The translations under genes were made by a program, and so were the position numbers. Source: Octopus vulgaris (lineage: Eukaryota). Taken from it: a stretch of DNA of 64,000 nt. A model generated the notes under the pieces. That model did no database searches, had not been told where the DNA came from, and was given only the letters and a program-made list of their open reading frames with translations. Where the stretch lies: positions 34,782,001 through 34,846,000 of the forward strand of contig OX597818.1 in assembly GCA_951406725.2 (NCBI GenBank), read 5' to 3'. Shown here piece after piece: positions 1-11,428 of the stretch. Position 1 is the stretch's first letter. Every line of letters starts with the position of its first letter.

Positions 1-49
1 ACTTCAAATCTCAAACATAAACCATCATTATATATATATATATATATAC

Positions 50-880
50 ATGGCACGACTACCAGTCAGGTGGCACTGGCATCGGCCATGACCAAAATTT
101 CACTTGACTCAACAGGTCTTCTCAAGCACAGCATATTGTCTGAGGATTGAAGGGTACTTTTAAACGGGCTGGTTATGTGACGCTGGCATTGGCCACAGCT
201 ACAATCTCACTTGGCTTGCTGGGTCTTCTCAAGCACACCATATCTTCAAAGGTCTCGGTCACTTGTCATTGCCTCTGTGAGGCCCAACGTTTGAAAGTTG
301 TGTTTTCACCACCTCATCCCACGTCTTCCTGGGTCTACCTCTTCCACAGGTTCCCTCCACTGTTAGGGGTGTGACACAGCTATCCACATTCATACACAAC
401 ATATGACCATACCAGCACAGTCATCTCTCTTGCACACCACATCTGATGTTTCTTATGTCCAGCTTTACTCTCAGGGTGCTTATACTCTGTCATGTATTCA
501 CACTGACATTACACATCCAGCGGAGCATACCAGCTTCATTTCTTTCAAGCCTACATGTCCTCAGCAGTCACAGCCCATGTTTCACTGCTGTGTAGCATGG
601 CTGTTTGCGTACATGCATCATACAGTTTACCTTTCACTCTGAGCGAGAGGCCCTTTGTTACCAGCAAAAGTAGGAGTTCTCTGAACTTTGCCCAGGCTAT
701 TCTTATTCTAGCTGCTATATTCTCAGAGCATCCACCTCCACTACTGACTTGGTTACCTAGGTAATGGAAGCTGTCAACTACTTGTAGTTTTTCTCCCTGG
801 CATGTGATGGAATCTGTTTTCTGTACGTCAGTGTTTATTGCCCCTGTGCATCTGGCACACTCAAAAACTTCCTAGTTAAC
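50..880 (-). mobile_element. RTE-clade LINE 3' fragment with repetitive 3' UTR
   Basis: Collinear with the RTE fragment at 40700-41560 (shared LSLRVKGKL, HSSETWAVTAED and GRPRKTW coding remnants). Confidence 0.85.
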
Positions 881-934
881 CTTCCTTTGATATTACTGCA
901 AATTTTATGTGTCCATTGCTTATACTTCCAATCA

Positions 935-1472
935 CATGCAAATAGTGAGCAATGTTCCACAAGGCACTGTTTTGGGACCATTACTGTTCATAATGGCTCT
1001 CTCAGATATGCCCTCGTCCACACAGAGAGCCACAATCACAAGTTATGAAGATGATACAAAAACCTCACAGGTGATACAGAACCCTGAAGATACTATGCAC
1101 TTGTAATGTGAGCTGGATGAAATATACAAGTGGGCTGAAAATAATAGCATGTAGTTTAATGCTGAAAAGTTTCAAGCCTTGTGCTATCAGCATGCAAAAT
1201 TAAATACAATACCAATTAAATATACTGGACCTGGGGAGATTGCAGTCCTGGTGATACAGTTGGTGCAAGACCTGGGAATTTACATGAGTAATGATGCATC
1301 CTTCCATGTGCATGTTGCTAAGTTGGCAGTGAAATTCAGACAGCTGACTGGATGGATAATTAGAACTTTTAGAACAAGAGATCAGGAAACCATGATGGTC
1401 CTCTGGAGGACACTTATCCTAAGCCACTTTGACTATTGCTCTCAACTATGGTCACTAACCAGTGTCAAATGA
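935..1472 (+). mobile_element. CR1/L2-like LINE reverse-transcriptase fragment (pseudogenised)
   Basis: VPQGTVLGPLLF, ITSYEDDTK (YADD-derived), DLGIYMS and LILSHFDYCSQLWS, with in-frame stops between the segments. Confidence 0.85.
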
Positions 1473-1602
1473 ATGGCAGTCCAGGAAAATTGGACGAATG
1501 CTGCCGTTGATTAGCTCCAAGAGGCCATCATCTCTAGCTAGCTATGTGACACACAAACCAGTCTCCATTACAACCTTCGAACAGGGGAGGTCAGCAGCTT
1601 CC

Positions 1603-1679
1603 CCTTGCTGGTTTAACATCCACAGACTAGTTTCTGGGTGATTGCTCCTTATCAATGTGGAGTAGCTGAACCCAGCAGG
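1603..1679 (-). ncRNA. Type I hammerhead-ribozyme-like motif (probably degenerate)
   Basis: Minus strand reads ccugcuggguucagc-uac-UCCACA-UUGAUAA-GGAG-caauca-CCCA-GAA-AC-ua-GU-C-UGUGGA-u-guuaaa-ccagcaagg. It has a perfect 6-bp proximal helix I with a distal extension, a core with U3/A8 instead of C3/G8, GAAA, a 2-bp palindromic helix III (ACUAGU) and a GUC triplet. Helix II has two mismatches. Confidence 0.7.
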
Positions 1680-2139
1680 CATCACTGCTGACTGTCTGTT
1701 TGAAGGTTTATTTACACATATTCAGCGGAACACATCCACTGGTTTTAAAAAATTACAAACACATGGAACCCAACAAGTCACTAAAATGTAAGCCTAAAGA
1801 CTTAACAAACTCTTTTCCCTTTTACTTTTTCTTTGCCTTTCTGTTCCCTCTAAAATCATTCTGCAGATGTTTGTTAAATGTAACGAGGTAAATGTAAATT
1901 TACTCCAATTTGATAAACAGAAACAGCTGTAAATGATTCCAAACTACAATTAAATAATGACTTTTTAACACCAATGGTCCACTTCTCATTGTTAATTATT
2001 GCGCCATTTCTTTTTCTTTTCTGTATATATTAAACTACGTTTTACCTTTAAATTATCTACTACCGTATACCTTATAGCTAGGACTATACATAGTGAGGTA
2101 ATACACCAGGAGTGCCTATGGATACATCTATCCCTTAGA

Positions 2140-2612
2140 GTCCACAGCTGTAACCTACACCAGTGTCGCATAACCAGCCCACTCAAAAGTACCTTGGATC
2201 GTAGGGCAACATGCCGTACTTGAGGAGACCTATTGAGTCAAGTACATCAACATCAGCAATATCAAAATCAAATCAAATGGAAATTGTAGTTGTGAGCCCC
2301 GTGCCGGTAGCACGTAAGAAGCACCATCCAAACGTGGCCAATGCCAGTGCTGCCTTGACTGGCTTCTGTGCTGGTGGCATGTAAAAAGCACAATCCGATC
2401 GTGGCCGATGCCAGCTCCTCTGGCTCCTTGTGCCATGGTATGTAAAAAGCACCCACTACACTTTCGGAGTTGTTGGTGTTAGGAAGGGCATCCAGCTGTA
2501 GAAACACTGCCTGATCAGATTGGGGCCTGGTGCAGCCTCCTCGCTTCCCAGACCCCAGTCGAACTGTCCAACCCATGCCAGCATGGAATACGGACGTTAA
2601 ACGATGATGATG
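2140..2612 (+). mobile_element. RTE 3' UTR/tail module with (GAT)n end
   Basis: Tandem gtgccggtggcacgtaaaaagcacc-like units, then gttaggaagggcatccagctgtagaaac...cggacgttaaacgatgatgatg. The same module recurs at about 6140-6445, 11030-11290, 40503-40700(-), 43145-43602, 46270-46590, 47157-47345(-), 54768-54950(-) and 56605-56885. Confidence 0.75.
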
Positions 2613-2872
2613 TATATATATATATGTTTATAATAATAAACATGCATTGGTTCTATCTCACGTCTTTTATTATCATTAATCAAATAGGTAACCATTTAAC
2701 TAATATGAGTGCTTGTTCAATCAATTAATCAATGAGTTAAGTTTGTTAAAGTTCTTTCATTGCAATTCATGACCTCATGTAGAGAGAAACATGGAGCTAA
2801 ATATTAGAAGTATTTAGTCATGTGGTTTACTGGTTTTTGCAATTCCACAGTTTTTATGTGAATAATAATGAT

Positions 2873-3230
2873 AACAAGAGAACTCAGAGAGCACAAACCT
2901 TTGCCAAAGCAACACCAACGTCCTCTCAACGATTAGCCAGAGATAATTTTTAAAATGAGAATATCTGGAATAAACTTGACTGCTCTCACAAACAAGAATA
3001 CTAAAAATGAACCAAACTGCTCTCAAAAATTAAGTGAAAAAAAACTGGAAAAATAATCCAGAATCCTTGTCTGCTACTGGATTGATCCCAAAATCCAATC
3101 AGTTCATGCCAGTCATGAGGCTTAACAGCCCTGAAAGTTTCATCCTAACCTATCCAGTGGTTCTTGAGATATCTTGTCCATGTACGAACAAACAAACATG
3201 ACTAAAAACAGTATCTCTGCCTTTGCTAAT
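2873..3230. mobile_element. Probable non-autonomous Helentron/HINE-like repeat
   Basis: Characteristic aagtttcatc...tatccagtggttcttgagatatc...acaaacaaaca...aaaaacagtatctctgcc organisation. Family assignment is from recalled pattern only. Confidence 0.45.
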
Positions 3231-4052
3231 TCTTTCACGTAGTTAACAGGTCACTTCCTTTTTGGGGAGAGTTTGGTCATCAATTACATCAACATCCGTA
3301 TTTCACTGATACTTTATCAACTCCCCATCTCCCACCCCATCCAGAAGGATACAAATGAAGTTGACCCAAGCAAAATTTGAACTCAAAACATAAAGAGGTG
3401 GAACAAAATATCAAGGTATTTTGTCTGATACTCAAACTATTCTGATATCTAACAATATTTGAATTAAACTCCAGTTATGTACAAGCATATTTATATTCTC
3501 CAGATAACCTGTTTTAGAAGGAATTTGAGAAGCTATGAGTGTGTAGTTAATAGAGATAAACAATTTAAAGATAATGAAGTTGAAATTTTTAATTAGTTAC
3601 TATTTATATATTCATCAATTAACAATCAAGAAAGTGGCAATAAAAAAGCAAAATGGCCAAAAAATCAAGAGATAGATTGATAATATTGCTTTAAGCAAGT
3701 AAGATTTCAGTGCTTATTTTATTCTTATACATAATGTAAATTTCTTAAAAATACCTTGACTTATTATAAGCATATTGAATCAGCTGGCAAAGATAATGAT
3801 CTACAGTTATAATTTTCTATAGCTTTCTAAAACTGATTGAATTTAATTGATCTTAGACTTCAGTTCATTAATAGCAGGGTCCTTATACTTGCTTGTGTTG
3901 ATGATAAAAGAATTTCAACAAATGGTGGATGCAGGTTTTAACTGTCTATCTGTATCTTGCTTTACGTTAATTGTCTTTCTTTCTCTGCACGCATGCACAC
4001 GTGTGGGTATATACATATAGACATACAGCCCCACCACTTTTAATGTGACACT

Positions 4053-4268
4053 AACCCTATTTATTTTGAGATGCTCTGTGTTTCTTTCAATTACTTTAAA
4101 TATAACAAAAAATTTAATAAAATAACTTCGTTATCATTAAGCTAGTGTTAGGAACATAAATTGTGACTAAGGTTTGGTGGAAGATTTTAATTCAAAACAT
4201 ATGAAAACAAGACATTTGTACTAAAGAGCTAGAGCCGGTTTCAGCCAGGTTGGTAACGAATGGATTAA
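4053..4268. mobile_element. Second copy of the piggyBac-type MITE at 22528
   Basis: Near-identical internal sequence. The left TIR is partly deleted; the right end is ggtaacgaatgga|ttaa. Confidence 0.8.
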
Positions 4269-4589
4269 ATGATACAATAATGTGTAAGTGAATGTATTGA
4301 TATGTACAGGCACGACTATGTGGTTGTTATGAACCTTGCTTTGCAACCATGTAGTCCCACTGTGCAGCATCTTGGGCAAGTCTCAGCCTGACTAATGCCT
4401 TGTGAATCAATTTGATAGCCAGAAATGGTGTGGAAGCCAGTTGTATTCATATATAAATGTATGAGTGTGTGTCCTTGTGTTTGTGCCATTCCCCCTACCC
4501 TTGACATTCAATGTTGGTTTGTTTACATCCCTGTAACATAGCAGTTTAGTAAAAGTTGTTGTTAGTAAGAAAGAAGATAAAACTCTCTT

Positions 4590-5360
4590 TCCATCAGGTA
4601 AATGGCCCTGTTCAATATGTAGGAAAAGAGTTGGAAAAAATTCCATTTGCAGCACCCTGTGTAAACTATGGACATGTAAGAGGTGCAGTGGAAACACAGG
4701 TAGATTAACAGATAAAGTCATCTTTGTATGTCATAAGCACTAAGAGCACACAGGACTAGATTTTTTTTCAAATGTCCAGGAGGCTCTCTTGAGGTTGTAG
4801 ATAGTTTCTGTTAGCTAGGTGACCAAATTAGCAATGGTGGAGGATGCTCTGAAAGTATTATTTCTAGAATAAGAATTGGATGAAGTTCAGAGAGCTATTA
4901 CCTCTGCTGACGAAAAGAAAGAGTCTCTCTCAGAGTGAAAGGTAGACTATATGATGGTTGTGTGCGCATGGCTATATTCCATGGTAGTACGACATGGGCT
5001 CTGAATGCAGAAGACATATGTAGACTGGAGAGAAATGAAGGTAGTATGCTTTGTTGGATGTGCAACATCAGTGCACATATATGGCAAAGTGCAAATGTAT
5101 TGAGAGAAAATTGGGGCATAAGAGGAATCAAATGTAGTATGCAAGAGAAGACTACATTGGTTTGGACATGTGATGCATATGAATGAGGACAGCTGCATAA
5201 AGAAATGCTGATTGCTGAAAGTGGATGGTACCTGTGGTAGAGGGAGACCCAGGAAGATGTGAGTTGAAGTGGTAAGGATCAATCTCAGGATGTTCGGCCT
5301 CATGGAGGAAATGACAATGGACCAAGATGTTTGGCAATATGAAGTTCTTGAGAAGACCTG
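4590..5360 (+). mobile_element. RTE-clade LINE 3' ORF fragment
   Basis: VKGRLYDGCVRMAIFHGSTTWALNAEDICRLERNEGSMLCWMCN...GRPRK, with frameshifts and stops. Confidence 0.88.
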
Positions 5361-6825
5361 CCCATGTCAGTGAAACTGAGTTCTAGAAGCACTGTGTCCC
5401 ACCCACACTTGACAAGAAAACTTCTCACACTACCACACCAAACCAAACTACATCTCTGCATCTCTTCCCCACATTTCCGCTTCATGCCCTATGCTTACCT
5501 CCTACTCCCCAGTCCTGTCCTCTTGGCTCTGTGCCACATACCCTGTCTCACTATTATTGCTATCTGCTAGCCCTGACCTGTGTGTTCCACCCACACTTAA
5601 CAAGAAAACTTTTCACTCACCCTACCCCAACAAACCAATCTTCATCTCCACAACTCTTCTCTTCTTCACATTTCCTCCTTCATACACTATGCCTAGCTTT
5701 CACTCACCAATCCTGACCTCATGGCCCTGTTTCTCTGTATTATTGCTACTCCCACCCCCCCTCCGCACTCTTTAATCACACTTCCTTTGCAATATCCTGC
5801 CACTTATATTATGGTGCTCGAACCTCAAGAGTATGCCCTGGCACTTGCTACTATCTATATCTCTCTCTTCCTTTACTCAACCATCCCATTTATATTTTGA
5901 TCCCTGTCCCTTGTAAGTATGCCCAGCATTTTTCCACAATCTCTATCCTGCTGTCTTCCACTCTCCCTCTCCTCTTGCACTTCCCTTAGGTTGGGAAACC
6001 ATGTATTTCCTTTGTGGTAGCACACCTGTTTCTGTCTCTCTGTCTCATTGTAACCTTTCCTCATCTGACACAAGATCACCTCTTCCAATGCCCTCTCTCC
6101 TCTTGAAAGTTTTTTTCTCTTTTTGTCTTGCAAGTACTTTGTGACCCTGTCAGTGCCAGTGCCACTTAAAAGCACCCTGTCCACACTGTAAAGTGGTTGG
6201 TGTTTGGAAGGACACCCAGCTGTAAAAACCTTGCCAAAACTGACCTCGCCTGTACTTGTGCCACATAAAAAGCACTAAGTCCACTCTGCTGAGTGGTTGG
6301 TATTAGGAAGGGCATCCAGCTGTAAAAATCCTGTCAAAACAGTCACACAAGTCTGGTGCAGGCTTCTGCTTGCCCGGCTCTTGTGAAACCATCCCACCCA
6401 TGATAGCATGGAAGGTGGTTGTTAAACGATGTTGATAATGATGATGGTTATCTCAGTTGTATTTACTGTTCTGAGTTTATTTGTTACATTTATCTTCTTT
6501 GTGTGTATGATTTCTGTATATTATTTTTTTGTTGTCAAAATCAAAGCTTGATATTGTATGTAGATTTTATTTTATTCAAAGCTTAATAACCTCTGTAGGT
6601 TTTTGTGACAAGTGATACTAACCTAATGGTTGGTATAACTTGTCGCAGCTACATTGATTTACTGATCATGAGAAAATATAAACGCCACCATTGTTAAAGG
6701 TTATCCTGCAGTTTTGTTTATCATGATCTGATTTTTTAATTCTCTCCAAACTGATTGTTTTTGAATGCTTATATTCATCATCATCATCTGTCAATTCTGC
6801 ACTAGAATATAAGCATGATGACGCC

Positions 6826-6974
6826 GCCGCCGACATTCTTCTTCTTCGTGGTCTTCGTCGTCGTGGTCTTCTTCTTCTCCTCCTCCTCCTCCTCCTTCTT
6901 CTTCTTCTTCTTCTTCTTCTTCTTCTTCTTCTTCTTCTTCTTCTTCTTCTTCTTCTTCTTCTTCTTCTTCTTCA

Positions 6975-7029
<55 letters not shown>

Positions 7030-7034
7030 TATCA
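6826..7034. repeat. Compound trinucleotide microsatellite (GCC/TCG/TCC/TTC/ATT/ATC)
   Basis: Directly visible. It explains the poly-E, poly-K, poly-F and poly-I ORFs. Confidence 0.98.
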
Positions 7035-8219
7035 TAGTGCAGAATTGACAGAAGAGCATCCAATTCACTTGTTGGTTTACTCCTATTAACATTTAGAATC
7101 ATTGTTGTACTGCTTCCGTAGCTAATGTTTGATATTTATTAATTTAATCAAACTATTTATATTACATGCTATAAATAGTTTATCATGCCACTACCAGATG
7201 GTTTGTGAGTAAATTAAAAATGAAACCTGTTAACTTTGTCAGTGTTTGCGTGGAATGTTGATATGATACATTAACATAACATGTTGATATGAGGATTTGC
7301 GCTGCCACAAAGGAAGCAATTACAGTATTAGATTTCTATTGTTACCAAAGAAACATCTCCTTGGTATGAAGAATTAAGAAAAAGATGCTATGGTGATAGG
7401 GAGAGAGAGAGAGACAGAGAGAAACCATGTAAGAATGAGTATGTAAAATGTACATACATTTTACATTCTGCTTTTGGAAACCTATTCAATTAATAATAAA
7501 TTCATTCTTTCATGTAGCTTATGATTTCTAATTGCAGATATAATGTAAGGAATATCTGAACTTTAGATAATCTTCATTTTACAAATGAGATGTGGTTTTT
7601 TTTTTCTTTCTTTTGTTTGTTTTTTTTGGCACTTAATCAAAGGAAGAAGAACAGCACCTATATTCTTTAGAAACTTTCCTAGTTGATATTTAACTTGATG
7701 TTCTGTAGGTAAAGTGAAGAGAGCAGAAGGCAGCATTTTTGGGGGGAGAGTTGGTTGGGAATGGTATTATTGTGTTTGGAAGAGCAAAACAATAAGGTGA
7801 CGAGAAGAGAAAAGGTAAATGTGTACTTTAAGTGGGTTTGGGCAGAATTGATATCAGAAGAGTAAGAACTGTTGTTGTGACTGAAAGAAAATAAAGAAGT
7901 AATAGTGCATACATTAGTGAGTCTCTGCCAGTCAGCCGAGTAGACTCCATTCATATAATGTTTACAATATTTGTCTTTGTGTATTGTAGAAACACTATTG
8001 TCAATATGTGAGCTGTGCTTTGGATGAACCTGAAAATTATAGTGGAACAGCAATTGATCAAAGTTGACTTGTTTGTTAATTTGGCACAGTACAAAGTCAG
8101 GCTGACACATTAATACACTTCGTTAAAAATATTACCATAAAATTACTTTACAAACTATACAGACAAATAACTAGTAAAGAGTATTTAGAAACATAATCTC
8201 TTCAACATAATATATATGT

Positions 8220-8632
8220 TACTCTCTTTTACTCTTTTACTTGTTTCAGTCATTTCACTGCGGCCATGCTGGAGCACTGCCTTTAATCGAGCAACTCGAC
8301 CCCGGGACTTATTCTTTTGTAAGCCCAATACTTATTCTATCGGTCTCTTTTGCCGAACCGCTAAGTAACGGGGACATAAACACACCAGTATCGGTTGTCA
8401 AGCAATGCTAGGGGGACAAACACAGACACACCAACACACACACGTATATATATATATATATACATATATACGACGGGCTTCTTTTCAGTTTCCATCTACC
8501 AAATCTGCTCACAAGGCTTTGGTCGGCCTGAGGCTATAGTAGAAGACACTTGCCCAAGGTGCCATGCAGTGGGACTGAACCTGGAACCATGTGGTTGGTA
8601 AACAAGCTACTTACCACACAGCCACTCCTGCG
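8220..8632 (-). mobile_element. Same CORE-like SINE family, full length
   Basis: Reverse complement of 33262-33651 with high similarity. Confidence 0.85.
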
Positions 8633-9129
8633 TTGAGTATATATAATTCAACCTGAATGAAAGTCATGTGACTTGCATTACACATTCACACATGGAACTT
8701 TTATCTAATGCTTTTCTGTGTATCAAGTACAGCCATTTCTCTCATGGTAGTAGAGCTCTGTTTTCTTTCCTACTTACTAAAACTTTAGTCATTGTTAAAC
8801 TTACTTTGACTCTTAGTTTTAGGTTTTGCTTCCATTTTTAGGATTCCTTCTGGAAATCTTTGACCAGTTCTGATATAAAAACTTAGTCATTGGTATATAG
8901 CAGTTCCTATGGACAGCTGATCTTAAAATCTTTTCTTATAATAAACAAGACTGAGCCATTGTAGATATCTACTTGCATGCTCTATCTGTTTTTGTACATG
9001 ATTTACACAGCCATCAAAATCCATTTGCCTCACCCTGGGTTTTGTAATGACTACCATATTACAGAGCTTGTAGGTCTGCTGTAGACCTTCACCTAGTTAA
9101 TGAATGAAATGTTATAGCAGTTTATCTTA

Positions 9130-10700
9130 TCCAAGTACTTCTTTCCTTTGGAAGAGGGTATCAGTTGTATCACCACCTGATACAAAACTGAACTATATCT
9201 CATCTTGACTAATTCTGATCCTGATAAGTTGTGCTATCACTCTTTCAGTAACTTTCATAGCCTGGTCCATCAACTATAATTTTCTCTTTGCATTGTATTT
9301 CCTTTGTCCAAGTAACAGTTGATGTTATGCTAGTCATTAAGTGTGATACCATTCTGCACTACCTTAGTGACAATGTTTGTGACTAGCATGTGACCTACCT
9401 CATCAGATATGTTCAGCATCTCAGTAGTTACACTCCATAATCCAGCTCTTCCCTGCTTTCATAGCATTAATAACCACTATTTATGGTAGGTCATCTCTTG
9501 TGTCTATTTTTGATAGGTCCTCTCTTTTCCAGGCATTCTCTTCATTCAGTCATCATTCATAGTAGCAATTCCATGCCTCTTTCTTTTCATTATCAGTGAA
9601 GACTCATCTACCATTATCATACCAAATATACTTCTCTCCACAGGCTTCTCAATTTTCTCTAGCACATACCCTTGCAATCCAGAACACCTCACACCTCTGA
9701 TCTTCATGCTGCAGAACATTCTTCTTCTCCCCAACCTTAAGTATACCTAATACCTAGATTCTGTTCTAGCTATTCACTCTCTGCTGTTTCCTTTCTTCCA
9801 GTTTTTCCTGGCTTGTCTCGGCTTTTATGGCTCTGTCAACATCACCATTCTTGTCTGACTGGAACCTTACAACAGCCACAGATTTAGTCAGTAGCCCTCA
9901 ACAAATTGTTTTGTAGCAACTTCCAGTTTTTCTCTACATTTTAAAGTCTTTAGCCCTTCCTTTTTTCTGTTACAAGCCTCTATGAGAATTTTGCTTAATC
10001 TATGACTAGCTGTGAGCGCTTTCCTTTCGTGCCTTCTGTTTCAAAATTACCTTTTGTCTATGAATCTGTCTAGTTTTACTTTGATGTCATTAATCTCTAA
10101 TCTATGTTAGGTGGTATGTTCTTAACCAAAACAGGACTTGGCATTTACAACCATCTGTCTTTCTTCACCAGATATATTAAGGTGATTAGGTCACTAGTCA
10201 GTTTCCTGGATTTTAATTGCAGATGATTAGGCCATTTGTGTCACAAAACTACAGCAGCCTTGCTCCCTGCTCATCTTATGTACCGTAATCATAACCTCCT
10301 TGAATGTCTGGTTCCCTGACAAATTGTCCTACCCATCCTGGTATTGTCCAACATGTCCATTAAAATCATCTCACCCCACTTCCTGAACCACTTCCATTCT
10401 TCATCATTCTTACCCTCATCATTTCAATCAACCAGTAACCATCAGCTACTGCTCTTTTTCCCCTCTGCAATACTCCATTCTAAATACCTCTCTTATCTAC
10501 TATCATCCCCAATACCCTCTACCATCATAACTTACCTACTATAGCTTCTTATATATCCCTATCTCTCCCCCCCCCCCACAGCACCTACACCTTGCACATC
10601 ATTCTATTACTTTCTGAGTCACTCCTATATCTCCCTCCTCCACCTCTGAGTACACCGGTATTTCCCATCATCTGCACCCCTACTTTTGTTTTTCACCCAC
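9130..10700 (-). mobile_element. RTE-clade LINE 5' half (APE endonuclease to start of RT), degraded
   Basis: Minus-strand remnant LMDQAMKVTERVIAQLIRIRISQDEI*FSFVSG (RT N-terminal region) near 9160-9275, and APE-like remnants toward 10150-10680. Confidence 0.75.
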
Positions 10701-11428
10701 TATACTAAGCTCTACCTACATCTGTTTTTTACCCCCAGTCCGACACTCTTATGAAAGCATCCACTATCACATTCCCTCCCATGATCCACCATCCTCATCT
10801 TATGTTCACTTAACTTGTTGCTTGTGAGTTTACTCTAGTATCCCATCACCATCCTCCTCTCGGCTCCCTCAACCATATATCTCCTCTATATCAAGACACC
10901 TGTGCTTGTCTATTGTACTTCAGCCTTTCAACGCCTGGCACACAGCTTATCTCCCAGTAGTGGAAGCTTTTTTCCTCCCTTTCCTTCTTCTCCTCTGATC
11001 TTTTCTGTATTGCAAGTTACATGGCAACCTCACTAATGCCAATGGCATGGGAAAAGCACTCAGTACACTCTACAAAGTGGTAGTGCCAGTGACATCAAAA
11101 AGAAAAAAAAAGCACTCAATATATTCTGTTAAGTGATTGGTGTTAGGAGGGGCATCCAGCTGTAGAAACCATGCCAAAAATGACATTGGCGCTTGATGCA
11201 GTCCTACAGCTTTCTGGTTCCCTGACAAATTGTCCTACCCATACCAGGATGGTAAGCAAATGTTAATTGATGATGATGATGATGATGACCTATATATATA
11301 TATGGCATAAACGTATGCACTACACATGTGCACACACATAACTGTAGGGATATGCGGCAATGCTTCACTGAATGTGGAGAGAGGGTTTATGTGCATGGGT
11401 GCATGTATATAGGAACTTTGTACTTGTA

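Noticed and set aside
6791-7102. Poly-N/E, poly-I/K and poly-F ORFs
   Set aside because: Compound trinucleotide microsatellite with no splice or homology support.
7679-8110. 143-aa minus-strand ORF
   Set aside because: No recognisable motif or splice context; composition is consistent with a chance ORF or decayed repeat.
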